Assembly (NCBI GenBank): GCA_016204465.1
Contig: JACQKQ010000012.1
Span: forward strand, 16,769-80,768
Reading direction: 5' to 3'
Length of the DNA: 64,000 bases
Source: Candidatus Levyibacteriota bacterium
GTDB taxonomy: Bacteria; Patescibacteriota; Microgenomatia; Levybacterales; UBA12049
In this document: one piece after another, positions 44,048 to 53,448 of the stretch
Position numbering within the stretch: position 1 is the stretch's first letter
Layout of the letters: every line of letters begins with the position of its first letter
Program-made: the position numbers and the translations under genes
The notes under the pieces: generated by a model
The model's database searches: none
The model's input: only the letters and a program-made list of their open reading frames with translations
What the model was told of the DNA's origin: nothing

Positions 44048-44838
44048 AAAAATATCTTCGGGTTTTAAGCAACACATGGGAAGAAATGGTAACCTACAGG
44101 CTTAATTTTGTAATGTGGCGAGTGCGTACCGTTTTGCAGTTTCTAACAATGTACTTTTTGTGGTTGGCGCTTATCCCCAAAGGCACAATACTTTTTGGCT
44201 ATTCCCAAACACTTATGCTTACGTACATTTTAGGAACATCAATTTTAAGCGCAGTGGTTTTGTCAACCCGAACCCATGAGATTGGCGAGCATATTTACAG
44301 GGGAGATTTGTCAATTTTCTTGATTCGACCTATAAATTATTTTTTGTATTGGTTCTCACGAGACGTCGGCGATAAACTGTTTAATATCTCCTTTTCTGTT
44401 GTTGAAATAATGATTCTGCTTTTTCTGTTAAAACCACCGATATTTTTACAAACAGAGATTATATTTATTGCTCTTGCTATTTTAGCCACAGCATTGGCAG
44501 TGGTACTCTATTTTTTGTTCGGAGCAATACTTGGGATGCTTGGCTTTTGGAGCCCGGATGTGTGGGCGCCGAGGTTTATCCTTTTTATTTTGCTGCAATT
44601 TTTCGCCGGTTCGTTATTTCCACTAGACATCTTGCCAAAATCACTCTACGAAGCATTTCAGCTTACACCCTTCCCGTATTTGCTCTATTTCCCGCTAAAA
44701 ATCTACCTGGGACAGCTTCCTTTTTCTACTATCTCCACCGGCTTTTTAATCGATGTGATTTGGATTTTGATCATTGCACTTTTTTTGCAATTTATATGGC
44801 ATAAGGGACTTCGGTTATACACTGCTGTTGGAAGATAG
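44044..44838 (+). CDS. ABC-2 family transporter permease
   Basis: Six-helix hydrophobic profile. Translationally coupled to the ATPase gene. Confidence 0.75.
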   Translation: MKKYLRVLSNTWEEMVTYRLNFVMWRVRTVLQFLTMYFLWLALIPKGTILFGYSQTLMLTYILGTSILSAVVLSTRTHEIGEHIYRGDLSIFLIRPINYFLYWFSRDVGDKLFNISFSVVEIMILLFLLKPPIFLQTEIIFIALAILATALAVVLYFLFGAILGMLGFWSPDVWAPRFILFILLQFFAGSLFPLDILPKSLYEAFQLTPFPYLLYFPLKIYLGQLPFSTISTGFLIDVIWILIIALFLQFIWHKGLRLYTAVGR

Positions 44839-44839
44839 C

Positions 44840-45622
44840 ATGAAACGGTATTTTGTTATTTGGCTTAAGCTTACCGGCATTACAACACAAATTGCGTTTC
44901 AGTCGCGGTTTGGCGCAATTGTGTTTTTGCTTGGGAAAATCCTGCGTTTTGCGTTTTTTCTCTTCTTTTTGGTTCTTGTTACGCAAAAAACACAGCTTAT
45001 TGCTGGCTACACCACATGGCAAATACTTTTTTTCTACGCAACGTTTAACCTTATTGATACGCTGCCACAGTTTTTCCTGCGTGAAGTGTACCGGTTTCGC
45101 TGGCAGGTAGTTTCGGGGCATTTTGACACAATTCTTACACGGCCAATCTCTCCACTTTTTAGAAGTCTTTTTGGTGGAAGTGATGTGCTTGATATTTCGA
45201 TACTCTTTCTCTCGATCATTTTTATCTTTATCGCCGGATCGCACATTGGTCAAATCACCGGCATACAAATCCTGTTGTATATAATGCTTATCATCAATGC
45301 GTTCATCATCGCGCTTGCGTTCCATATTACTGTGTTGGGCATGGGTATTCTCACCACCGAAGTTGATAATACAATCATGCTATATAGGGATTTAACGCAG
45401 ATGGGGAGAGTGCCGATTGATGTCTACTTGGAGCCGCTTCGGGGGCTTATTACCTTTATTATTCCAGTTGGCATCATGATGACATTTCCGGTAAAAGCGA
45501 TGATGGGGTTGCTCTCGCCCGAGACTATTGTGATCTCTTTTGCTATTGCGGCAGTGTTTTTGCTCTTAAGCCTTCAGTTTTGGAACTATTCCCTCAAACA
45601 CTACGCCAGCGCGAGTAGCTAA
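44840..45622 (+). CDS. ABC-2 family transporter permease (second subunit)
   Basis: MKRYFVIWLK... with multiple TM helices. The ATG at 44840 lies immediately after the upstream stop. Confidence 0.75.
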   Translation: MKRYFVIWLKLTGITTQIAFQSRFGAIVFLLGKILRFAFFLFFLVLVTQKTQLIAGYTTWQILFFYATFNLIDTLPQFFLREVYRFRWQVVSGHFDTILTRPISPLFRSLFGGSDVLDISILFLSIIFIFIAGSHIGQITGIQILLYIMLIINAFIIALAFHITVLGMGILTTEVDNTIMLYRDLTQMGRVPIDVYLEPLRGLITFIIPVGIMMTFPVKAMMGLLSPETIVISFAIAAVFLLLSLQFWNYSLKHYASASS

Positions 45623-45633
45623 TAAACAAAAAG

Positions 45634-46036
45634 TGTCCTAGGAAGCGAGTAAGCCAGATTCTGTTTTGCAACCGCAATCTCTCTCAATGTGATGTTTTTC
45701 GCTCACACCGCCCGCCTTTTACGGCGAGGTGCCCTCATGCCTTGACACTCTCGTAAAGTAGATGTTCGTCCGCCTTGACTTGCGCTTCGGCGAGACGAGC
45801 GTGTCGCTCGGAGGTTGCAGCGGGTAGGATTGCCCGTTTCACTCCCACTCGTCTCTGTTGCTCTCAGGTCCTGTTATTTCAGAACTTGTTCGCAGCTTCA
45901 CATGTGGGTAAAAAGCTGCGACACTAGGGCTTTCGCTTCGGAGCTTATGCTCCGTCCCCGACTTTACACCTGTCTGGACTTTCCTCCCTCCTTCGCACAA
46001 AGCTACGGAAGGGAAGCGGTCCTGCTTCCCAGGACA
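45634..46036 (-). ncRNA. rnpB: RNase P RNA, bacterial type
   Basis: The minus strand contains GAGGAAAGTCCAGAC (CR-I/P4) and ACAGAATCTGGCTTA (CR-V/P4). P1 pairs TCCTGGGAAGC with GCTTCCTAGGA. Length is about 400 nt and the ends are approximate. Confidence 0.9.
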
Positions 46037-46094
46037 TTAGCATTCTATCAAAACAACTGCTAGCTGTCAACCTTAGTATGATATACTAAACGTT

Positions 46095-46682
46095 ATGCCA
46101 GAGGCTAAAAAACAGCATCCTCCTCATATACCAGGACTCCGGTGTTTTGAATGTGGGCAGATTGAACCAATTCGTGTTTCCGAAACTCCAGAAGAGCTTA
46201 AAAATATCTCTTCAAGCAACTGCGAAAAGATTCCTACTGAAAAACTTCGTGATGTATCAGCAGTGACGCTAAAAAATGGAGAAACTATCCTCCCGCGACT
46301 TCAGGATGGTAAGGATAACTGTGGGCAAACTGCATTGTCTATGTTAGGGTACGATAAGCAAGAAATTGAAACAATCATTCAAGGAGAAGAAAGACTTAGC
46401 ACGCATCATGTGTATCTCGGACTTCCCAAAGCAAAATGGATTAAGGAAGCACAGCCGGAATCAACGGCAGATGTTATGCTTTCGTTAGTGAAAATGAAGA
46501 CAGGGAGCAATCATTGGATACTTGACGTGCTTGGTCGGGATGATAAAAGACAGGTAATATGTCCAGCAAATGGCGTTTTGAGCGCAGAAGAGTATTTTAC
46601 GCAAAGAGCAGATGCAGTTCTCTTTGAATTTGCAGTTCCTTTGCGGTCGCAGGTTGGTTTGCAAATGCAACGCGACGCGTAG
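46095..46682 (+). CDS. Papain-fold cysteine peptidase-like protein (C39-like)
   Basis: GKDNCGQTALSMLGY (catalytic Cys context) and SNHWILDV (His). N-terminal CFECG may be half of a zinc ribbon. Confidence 0.5.
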   Translation: MPEAKKQHPPHIPGLRCFECGQIEPIRVSETPEELKNISSSNCEKIPTEKLRDVSAVTLKNGETILPRLQDGKDNCGQTALSMLGYDKQEIETIIQGEERLSTHHVYLGLPKAKWIKEAQPESTADVMLSLVKMKTGSNHWILDVLGRDDKRQVICPANGVLSAEEYFTQRADAVLFEFAVPLRSQVGLQMQRDA

Positions 46683-46708
46683 TTAATTTGTTGTTTGACA
46701 GAGCCGCG

Positions 46709-49660
46709 TCAAACGCGGCAAAGCATTTTGTATTCACAATCGCGGCAGAAGATGCCGCTAGAACATGCAAAATCACTTTTTTCAATTTCTTCAACCTTCT
46801 TAAAGATTACTTCTTTTGCCGCTTCAAGCTGCTCACGTGTTCGTGTGGTGCTTATTTTCTTATCTTCTTCAATGTAATACAACGAGAGTGTGACATCATC
46901 AGGATTTCTGTTAAAAAGCGTGTCGTTTACGTTTGCTGCTGCAAGTGCGTACATGGTTAACTGTAAATTGTCAACAAGATCACCTTCATCTGGGATATTG
47001 CTGCCGGTTTTATAGTCAATAATTTCAATTGTGTTTTCGCCGACTTTATCAACCCTGTCAATCCGTCCTGCAAGTTTGAGACTTCGTTTGCGCAAGGCTC
47101 GATCAGTAACGTAAAATTGGAATGGCACTTCAACGCCAATTGGGTACCTGCCATGTTCCAAATGGCTGTGTTTGTCAAAATACTGGGCAAGGATTTCTTG
47201 TGCGCGCTGTCTTGCCTGGCTTTGGTGCGCTTTACTTGTGTATCCTTCATCAACCCAGCGATTTTCAAGAAATTTTAGTAGATCATTCTTTGTCGGTTTC
47301 CTGCCCGCGATTACCTCTTGATAAAAATCTTTGAGCGTCAAGTGGATACTTGAGCCAAAGCTTAACGCCGCTATCGGCTGGGGAGGAATTTTAAGAATGT
47401 ATCGAAGTTTATAGTGTAAGGGACAAAGGTCAAAACATTGTATCTGCGAAAATGAGAGGTAAGTGATGGGAACAGAGGTTTGAGGCTTGAGGTTAGAGGT
47501 TAGCTTTGATTGTCGTTCTGCCCAGTCCAAAAGCGATGGTTGGACAACGGCGCTTTGGGCTTTTTGTCTCAAGATTGCATCGTTTACTGCTTTCTCACCA
47601 AGCGCCTCGTAGACAAACGGCGAGATTTTTCGCTCCCGTTTTCCCTCTCCGTAAAAATTTGCAGCGGTAAAAAAGAGATAGTCGCAAGACCTTGTCATGC
47701 CAACGTAGAAAAGCCGTCGTTCCTCTTGCATATGGAAGTCGCCTTCGGGCAAAATCTCTTTAATAAGCTCTTGTGGAATAGGAATTTGCTCTTTGCGCTC
47801 GCGTGTTGGAAAGCGCTGTGAAACCAAATTGACTAAAAACACGATAGGAAACTCAAGGCCTTTGCTTGCATGGATTGTCAGAATATTCACCGCATTGTTT
47901 TCGTTCCAGTCCATGTCTGTTGCAAGTGGGCTTTCTCCCATTTGCATAGAAAGGTCAATCCAATCAACAACTGCAAATACACTCGCATCTTCGTGTTCTG
48001 CCTCATACGATTTGAGTTTTTCAAAAAACTTTGCGATGTTTTGGTAGCGCTTCATTTCGTATTCGCTTTTAGGCTCAAGAAACTTTTTAAGAAGACCAGA
48101 GTCCTGCAGAAAGTAGTACAAAATTTGTCCGGCTGTCTCTTTTGGAACAAGGTTAAGATGGCGCTTGAGCATACTGTAGATTTTTTGCAGTTCTTCAATA
48201 GTTTTCTCGTGGATTGGGAGAGAATCTGCGACCCTTTTTTGCACAACTTTTTCCAGCGCTTCAAAAAGCGTAAGGTTTTTACGCCTGGCAAGATTAAGTA
48301 GTGCCGCGATGTCGCGCATCTCAAGCAAAAACACTGGCATGGTAAGCACTCGATAAAGCGACGTTGTATCCTCGAAACTATAAAGGACCTTTAAGTAAGC
48401 AATTAGGTCTTTTATTTCGTCTTGATGAAACAGTTTTCCTGGTCCTAAAAATTGGAATGGAATATTATGCCTTAATAGCGCTCGTACAAACGCTTGCGCA
48501 TGGTCGTTTGCACGAATAAGAATTGCAATATCTTTATATTCATACTGTTTTTTTGCCAAAAGTAATTGAATTTTTTTGGCAACGCAATCAGCCTCATCCT
48601 CAACTCGCGTTCCCCACAAGAGTTCAATTTCTTTTCCTTTCACTTTTCGCATCGCTCTAAGCTTTTTTACAACCTTCTCTTTTACTTCGAGCCTATCAGG
48701 ATTATTGTGTTGTATTAAAGTATATGCGCTGTCTAATATTTCTTGCGTTGAGCGGTAATTTCCTGTAAGCGCTATGATTTTAGTATCTGGAAATTGTTTA
48801 CGAAATTGGATAATGTTGGAAATTGCGGCACCTCGCCAGCGGTAGATTGCCTGGTCGTCATCGCCAACAACAGTAATGTTTTTTCGCTTACCGGTAAGGA
48901 GTACAGCTAACTGATTTTGTGCAAAGTTAGTATCTTGGAATTCGTCAACAAGTATATAGTGAAATTGCTCTTGGTACTGGCGCAAGATATTTTTTCGCTC
49001 TCGGAAAAGCTTTAATGTGTTCGTTATTAGATCGGAAAAATCCATAACACCCTCTCGCGCTTTCAGCTCCTCATATTTTAGGTACATATTCGCTAATTCC
49101 AGCGTCTTTTTTGCTTCAATCTTATCAGCGTCTAGCGATAAGCGTTTAGCGTTTAGTTTTGCAGCATATTTTAGATAATCAGTAGGGCTCACATCTTCAT
49201 CTGCAAGCCGGCTAAAGTGCTGGAGGAGGCCTTCTAAAAATTTATTCGGGTTACCAAGCGGCCGAAAGTAGTCAAGCTTGAAAGCAAAAATATTTTTGCG
49301 CAAAAACATAACTGTTTCTGCTTCGGTCATAAGCTTATACGAGGGGTTAAGGCCAATATGAATTGCCTCTGTGCGCAAGATTCGATCGCAAAATGCATGG
49401 AACGTTGCAATCCACATCTGCGTGTAGCCATACGGCATTGCAATATCAACGCGCTCTTCCATTTCACGGGCTGCTTTATCAGTAAAAGTGAGGGCTAAAA
49501 TTTGCGAATGGTGAATATTCTTTTTAAGAATAAGGTGCTTTATGCGTTCTGTAACAACTGTTGTTTTGCCTGTACCAGCGCCGGCAATGATAATAAGCGG
49601 ACCTTCACCGTGGGTTACCGCATCGTGTTGCGCATCATTAAGAATTATAGCCTGCGGCAT
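46709..49660 (-). CDS. UvrD/PcrA-type helicase fused to a C-terminal PD-(D/E)xK nuclease with Fe-S cysteines (AddA/AddB-like)
   Basis: AGAGTGKTT Walker A, DEFQDT, further UvrD motifs, and a C-terminal domain with CPLHYKLRY ... IDYKTG ... CSSGIFCRDCEYKMLC. Confidence 0.88.
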   Translation of the reverse strand: MPQAIILNDAQHDAVTHGEGPLIIIAGAGTGKTTVVTERIKHLILKKNIHHSQILALTFTDKAAREMEERVDIAMPYGYTQMWIATFHAFCDRILRTEAIHIGLNPSYKLMTEAETVMFLRKNIFAFKLDYFRPLGNPNKFLEGLLQHFSRLADEDVSPTDYLKYAAKLNAKRLSLDADKIEAKKTLELANMYLKYEELKAREGVMDFSDLITNTLKLFRERKNILRQYQEQFHYILVDEFQDTNFAQNQLAVLLTGKRKNITVVGDDDQAIYRWRGAAISNIIQFRKQFPDTKIIALTGNYRSTQEILDSAYTLIQHNNPDRLEVKEKVVKKLRAMRKVKGKEIELLWGTRVEDEADCVAKKIQLLLAKKQYEYKDIAILIRANDHAQAFVRALLRHNIPFQFLGPGKLFHQDEIKDLIAYLKVLYSFEDTTSLYRVLTMPVFLLEMRDIAALLNLARRKNLTLFEALEKVVQKRVADSLPIHEKTIEELQKIYSMLKRHLNLVPKETAGQILYYFLQDSGLLKKFLEPKSEYEMKRYQNIAKFFEKLKSYEAEHEDASVFAVVDWIDLSMQMGESPLATDMDWNENNAVNILTIHASKGLEFPIVFLVNLVSQRFPTRERKEQIPIPQELIKEILPEGDFHMQEERRLFYVGMTRSCDYLFFTAANFYGEGKRERKISPFVYEALGEKAVNDAILRQKAQSAVVQPSLLDWAERQSKLTSNLKPQTSVPITYLSFSQIQCFDLCPLHYKLRYILKIPPQPIAALSFGSSIHLTLKDFYQEVIAGRKPTKNDLLKFLENRWVDEGYTSKAHQSQARQRAQEILAQYFDKHSHLEHGRYPIGVEVPFQFYVTDRALRKRSLKLAGRIDRVDKVGENTIEIIDYKTGSNIPDEGDLVDNLQLTMYALAAANVNDTLFNRNPDDVTLSLYYIEEDKKISTTRTREQLEAAKEVIFKKVEEIEKSDFACSSGIFCRDCEYKMLCRV

Positions 49661-49683
49661 GCAGCTATTTTAGCACACTTCTT

Positions 49684-50103
49684 TCACTCTACCACTACCG
49701 TTCCGGTTCTCTCTGGACCTAGATGGTTGTGGTATAGGTACTTACCAGGCTTATCAAACACCAGTTCTAAAGATTCATTGTTTGCAAACTGTCCTAGATT
49801 GAGTGGAAGATAGACACGGTGGGCTGGATGGTCGGCAGAATCAACGGTTGCAAGCTCACCGCTTTTATTTGTCCACTTCACTTTTGTTCCCGTTTTGACA
49901 GTAACTGTTTTTGGTAAGAAACTAGCGTTTGTTAGGGTTATGGTAGTGACGTTTTGTGTGTCTTTAGCGTTTGTCGGTGCAGTTTGAACGGGAATTGGCG
50001 TGTTTTGTTTTGGCGCCGATGAATTACCAAGAATCAATACTGCTCCGATAATAAGGATAAGAGCTAAAAAACCTAGTGCTAATTTATTCCCCATGTGTTT
50101 CAC
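49684..50103 (-). CDS. Cupredoxin-like domain protein with N-terminal membrane anchor
   Basis: VTVKTGTKVKWTNKS...DSADHPAHR...YHNH... resembles plastocyanin/EfeO-type cupredoxin folds. Confidence 0.5.
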   Translation of the reverse strand: MKHMGNKLALGFLALILIIGAVLILGNSSAPKQNTPIPVQTAPTNAKDTQNVTTITLTNASFLPKTVTVKTGTKVKWTNKSGELATVDSADHPAHRVYLPLNLGQFANNESLELVFDKPGKYLYHNHLGPERTGTVVVE

Positions 50104-51112
50104 CTCCTTTCTTTACTTCTAAATGGCGAGTCGTTTGCAGCTTATGCCCCATTTGCAGGAAAACGGTTGATACATTGCTAAATTGAGAGGTTGCATTTGT
50201 GAGGTGTTTTCCAAGTGTTGCTAAATTTTCCTGGACCTTTTCGTAGTCAATCGTAAGCGATCTAAGCACGCGAAACACTTCACGGGACTGCGTTTCTATT
50301 TTTCTTCCTTCAAACGACAAGAGAATGGTTTGCAAATGGGCGTAAAGCGTGCTTGGACAAACAACATAGACGCGGTTTCTCTTGGCATAGTCCATGAGTT
50401 CTGGAATATTTACCACTTCGTAATAAACTGATTCGCTTGGCACATACATAAGGGCAAAATCCATAGTTCCTTCATCGGGAAGCACGTATTTTTTGGCGAT
50501 TGCGTCAATGTGTTTTTTAATATCCCGCACAAATTCTTTCTGCAAAGCAGCATAATCTTGATTATGTTCGCCTATTTTCATCATTCGCTGAAAATTTTCC
50601 ATAGGGAATTTTGCATCAATTGGTAAAATGCCGGCATCGGTTTTTATTGCCGCGTCAACCCGATCACCGGACTTGAATTGGTATTGAAGGTTGAAGCTAT
50701 TTTTTGGAAACATTTGCGAAATGAGGTCTTTTAAAACATGCTCGCCAATGTTGCCGCGAATCTTTGGGCTTTTTAAAAACTCCTGCAAATCTTTCATGCT
50801 GCGGCCAATTTCGCTCATTTGGCCAACTTCTTTTCCAACTTCCCGAATCACCATTGCCGCGCGGTCCAACCGTTCATTTAGATGTTTCGTATTCTCTTGC
50901 AATACTTTTGTCATGTCGGTTGAGGAGCTGCGCATTGCTTCGTTGAGTGTTCTATTTGTTATTTCAAGTGACGATTGCATGCTCTTGAGCCACTCCAAAA
51001 GCGTGCCGTTGTCTTTTTGGTTATTCATCTGTGCTATTTTTCGATTAAGGAGAAAAAAGAGGAGCAAAAATCCGGCGATAATGAGCAAAATAAGGGGCAG
51101 CTGACTTTCCAT
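50084..51112 (-). CDS. rmuC: DNA recombination protein RmuC
   Basis: N-terminal TM helix and coiled coil. The C-terminal block DFALMYVPSESVYYE...VVCPSTLYAHL is typical of RmuC. Confidence 0.8.
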   Translation of the reverse strand: MESQLPLILLIIAGFLLLFFLLNRKIAQMNNQKDNGTLLEWLKSMQSSLEITNRTLNEAMRSSSTDMTKVLQENTKHLNERLDRAAMVIREVGKEVGQMSEIGRSMKDLQEFLKSPKIRGNIGEHVLKDLISQMFPKNSFNLQYQFKSGDRVDAAIKTDAGILPIDAKFPMENFQRMMKIGEHNQDYAALQKEFVRDIKKHIDAIAKKYVLPDEGTMDFALMYVPSESVYYEVVNIPELMDYAKRNRVYVVCPSTLYAHLQTILLSFEGRKIETQSREVFRVLRSLTIDYEKVQENLATLGKHLTNATSQFSNVSTVFLQMGHKLQTTRHLEVKKGGETHGE

Positions 51113-51130
51113 GGGGATTATTATAACACG

Positions 51131-51673
51131 TTATGGCAATGCAAGGATGCGGTCGCGAAGGCGTGGGTAGGCAAAGATTGCATGCATATCGTTAATGTGG
51201 CCGGCGTTGTGTTCGACAATTAGTTTGGTGTCGAGGTGTTTTGCGAAATCTTTGCCGATTGAAAGGGGAATATACGGATCATTATCGGAATTAATCACAA
51301 CAAAATGTTTGCAAACTGATTTTATCTTTTCCCAATCAAACGGTTTATTGACAAAGTTTTCAATTTCGACAATAGTAAGTGACCGCTCAAAACCGGAAAC
51401 CAAAAACGCTGCCTTTATTTTCTCTTTAGATTGTTCAAGTAAGCGGAGAATAAACGGCACGCCAAGACTATGGCCAATAAGGATTGAATCTTGATCAATA
51501 GTTACATTCTTTTGAAAATACTCCAGCCATTCTGTAAGAATTGGATTCTCGCTATTTGGAAAATCAGGAACTGTTGCTCGCCAGCCTTTTTGCTCCAACT
51601 CATTTGCAAGCCAAGGAAACCAATTACTTTCTGAATTCGCCCCCCATCCATGAATGATAACCGCATTTTTCAT
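51131..51673 (-). CDS. Alpha/beta serine hydrolase (YdeN/RBBP9-like)
   Basis: IIHGWGANSESNWFPWL and the GHSLG nucleophile elbow. Confidence 0.7.
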   Translation of the reverse strand: MKNAVIIHGWGANSESNWFPWLANELEQKGWRATVPDFPNSENPILTEWLEYFQKNVTIDQDSILIGHSLGVPFILRLLEQSKEKIKAAFLVSGFERSLTIVEIENFVNKPFDWEKIKSVCKHFVVINSDNDPYIPLSIGKDFAKHLDTKLIVEHNAGHINDMHAIFAYPRLRDRILALP

Positions 51674-52407
51674 AGTGAGGTTTTTTGTTCTAATGTGGAA
51701 TGGATTTGTTCTTTTGTGTAGGCTGGACGTTCAGGCTTATATCCTAATATCTGTTTGGCTTTTGAAGTATCAATGTGATTTACATCATCAACAATGCTAA
51801 ATGCTTCGTACCAAAGTTCCCCTTTATAGTTTAGGGCAAGCTGTATTGCCTGCGCTGCGTTGTTACTGCTGACACTCGTTCCCAAAAAAACCTTATCAAT
51901 TGGGCCAAAGCGCAAGGCAATGGTTTGTATTTTCTTTCGAAGCCCGTACCATGCCAATACCTGTTCTGCCATGACTTTACTCATGTGATACGAAAGGTCT
52001 GCATCGCGGCAAGAAAGATTTTCAGCTTTTAAATATTGAGAAACAAATGGTTGGTCTTCTTTTATTGGCGTTTTGAACGGTATGCCTTTTTCGATGCCAT
52101 AAATTGTTGTCGAGCTTGCGTAAATAACTCTTTTCACTTTGTTTTCGTATGCAGCTTTTACTGTGTTGAGCGTTCCTTGCACATTAATTGCAACATATTC
52201 CTCAAAAGGGATATTTTCAACCGGTTTTGGAATTGCGGCAAGGTGGACAACCTGCTCGCATCTGCTCATTTTGTCCTTGAGGTGTTTGTAATCTAAGATA
52301 TTGTCGCCTTCTGCCTTGTCGTAGCCAACAATTTCATAATCATTCCCAAACCGATTTATAAACGCATTCCCCAAATATCCTCTGTGTCCAGTAATAAATA
52401 TTTTCAT
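51670..52407 (-). CDS. NAD-dependent epimerase/dehydratase family protein
   Basis: MKIFITGHRGYLGNAF Rossmann motif and YHMSK (YxxxK). The upstream extension in the ORF track overlaps tsaD. Confidence 0.8.
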   Translation of the reverse strand: MKIFITGHRGYLGNAFINRFGNDYEIVGYDKAEGDNILDYKHLKDKMSRCEQVVHLAAIPKPVENIPFEEYVAINVQGTLNTVKAAYENKVKRVIYASSTTIYGIEKGIPFKTPIKEDQPFVSQYLKAENLSCRDADLSYHMSKVMAEQVLAWYGLRKKIQTIALRFGPIDKVFLGTSVSSNNAAQAIQLALNYKGELWYEAFSIVDDVNHIDTSKAKQILGYKPERPAYTKEQIHSTLEQKTSL

Positions 52408-52408
52408 A

Positions 52409-53443
52409 TTAATCAAAATACAATTCTGGATTGGCGGTGATATTTTGCCAGTTAACTGGATTGTAGTTGAAAAAGGCGGCTGTGGCAATCATGGCGCCAT
52501 TGTCGGTGCAGAGAAATTTTTGTGGAACAAAAATTTCAGCGTTTATCGTATAGCGTTTAGCAGTTAGTTCAAATTGATTACGAAGTGCTTCATTCGCCGC
52601 AACGCCGCCCCCGAGGAGAATTGATTTTGCGTTGTACTTTTGCGCAGCGTTTAATGTTTTCTTTACGAGCACGTCAATGATTGCTTGTTGGACGGAGGCG
52701 GATATGTCCGCAATTGTTACATTGTTACATTGTTCTATTGTTTTTGTTAAACGAAGGGCTGCGGTTTTTAGTCCTGAAAACGAGAAGTCATAATCATCTG
52801 AATCTATCATTGGACGAGGAAAACGAAATGCCTTTGGATTTCCTTGCTTTGCCAGTTTTTCTATTGTCGGGCCCGCTGGGTATGGCAAGTTAAAGAGTCG
52901 TCCAATTTTGTCAAAGGCCTCACCAGCTGCATCATCACGAGTCCCCCCAAGCCAGACTATATCACCATGTTTCTTCATCAGAACAAGGTCGGTGTGGCCG
53001 CCGGACACAACCAGCGCAAGCGCTGGAAATTTCGAATTTCGAATTTCGAATTTCGAATTTGCGCGAACGAAGTTCGCGTAGATGTGGCCGATCAAATGAT
53101 TCACTGGGACAATTGGCTTTTTCCAAATATACGAAAGCGTTTTGGCTGTTTCAACGCCAACGAGAAGCGATCCAATGAGTCCGGGGCCATTTGTTACTGC
53201 AATTGCATCTATTTCCTTCTCATTGAAATTTGCATCTTTTAGGGCTTTTTTAATAACCGGAAGAATATATTCTATTTGCGCTCGAGCAGCAACTTCGGGA
53301 ATAATACCGCCGGTTTTTGCGTGCAAGGGCAATGACGAGCTCATAAAATTGGAAAGAAGAGCAACACGCGATGCGTTCTGTGTTCCTTTGACAACTGCTG
53401 CCGCTGTTTCGTCGCAAGAGGTTTCTATGCCAAGAATTACCAT
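52409..53443 (-). CDS. tsaD: tRNA N6-adenosine threonylcarbamoyltransferase TsaD with heptamer-encoded insert
   Basis: ILGIETSCDETAAAVV, HLIGHIYA, VVSGGHT and GGGVAAN motifs. The insert is NSKFEIRNSKF. Confidence 0.93.
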   Translation of the reverse strand: MVILGIETSCDETAAAVVKGTQNASRVALLSNFMSSSLPLHAKTGGIIPEVAARAQIEYILPVIKKALKDANFNEKEIDAIAVTNGPGLIGSLLVGVETAKTLSYIWKKPIVPVNHLIGHIYANFVRANSKFEIRNSKFPALALVVSGGHTDLVLMKKHGDIVWLGGTRDDAAGEAFDKIGRLFNLPYPAGPTIEKLAKQGNPKAFRFPRPMIDSDDYDFSFSGLKTAALRLTKTIEQCNNVTIADISASVQQAIIDVLVKKTLNAAQKYNAKSILLGGGVAANEALRNQFELTAKRYTINAEIFVPQKFLCTDNGAMIATAAFFNYNPVNWQNITANPELYFD

Positions 53444-53448
53444 GAGTC

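Noticed and set aside
45815-46063. 82-aa plus-strand ORF in the 470-nt gap after the ABC transporter
   Set aside because: The region is fully explained by RNase P RNA on the minus strand (GAGGAAAGTCC and ACAGAAnnnGGCTTA motifs, P1 pairing). The ORF is an antisense artefact.
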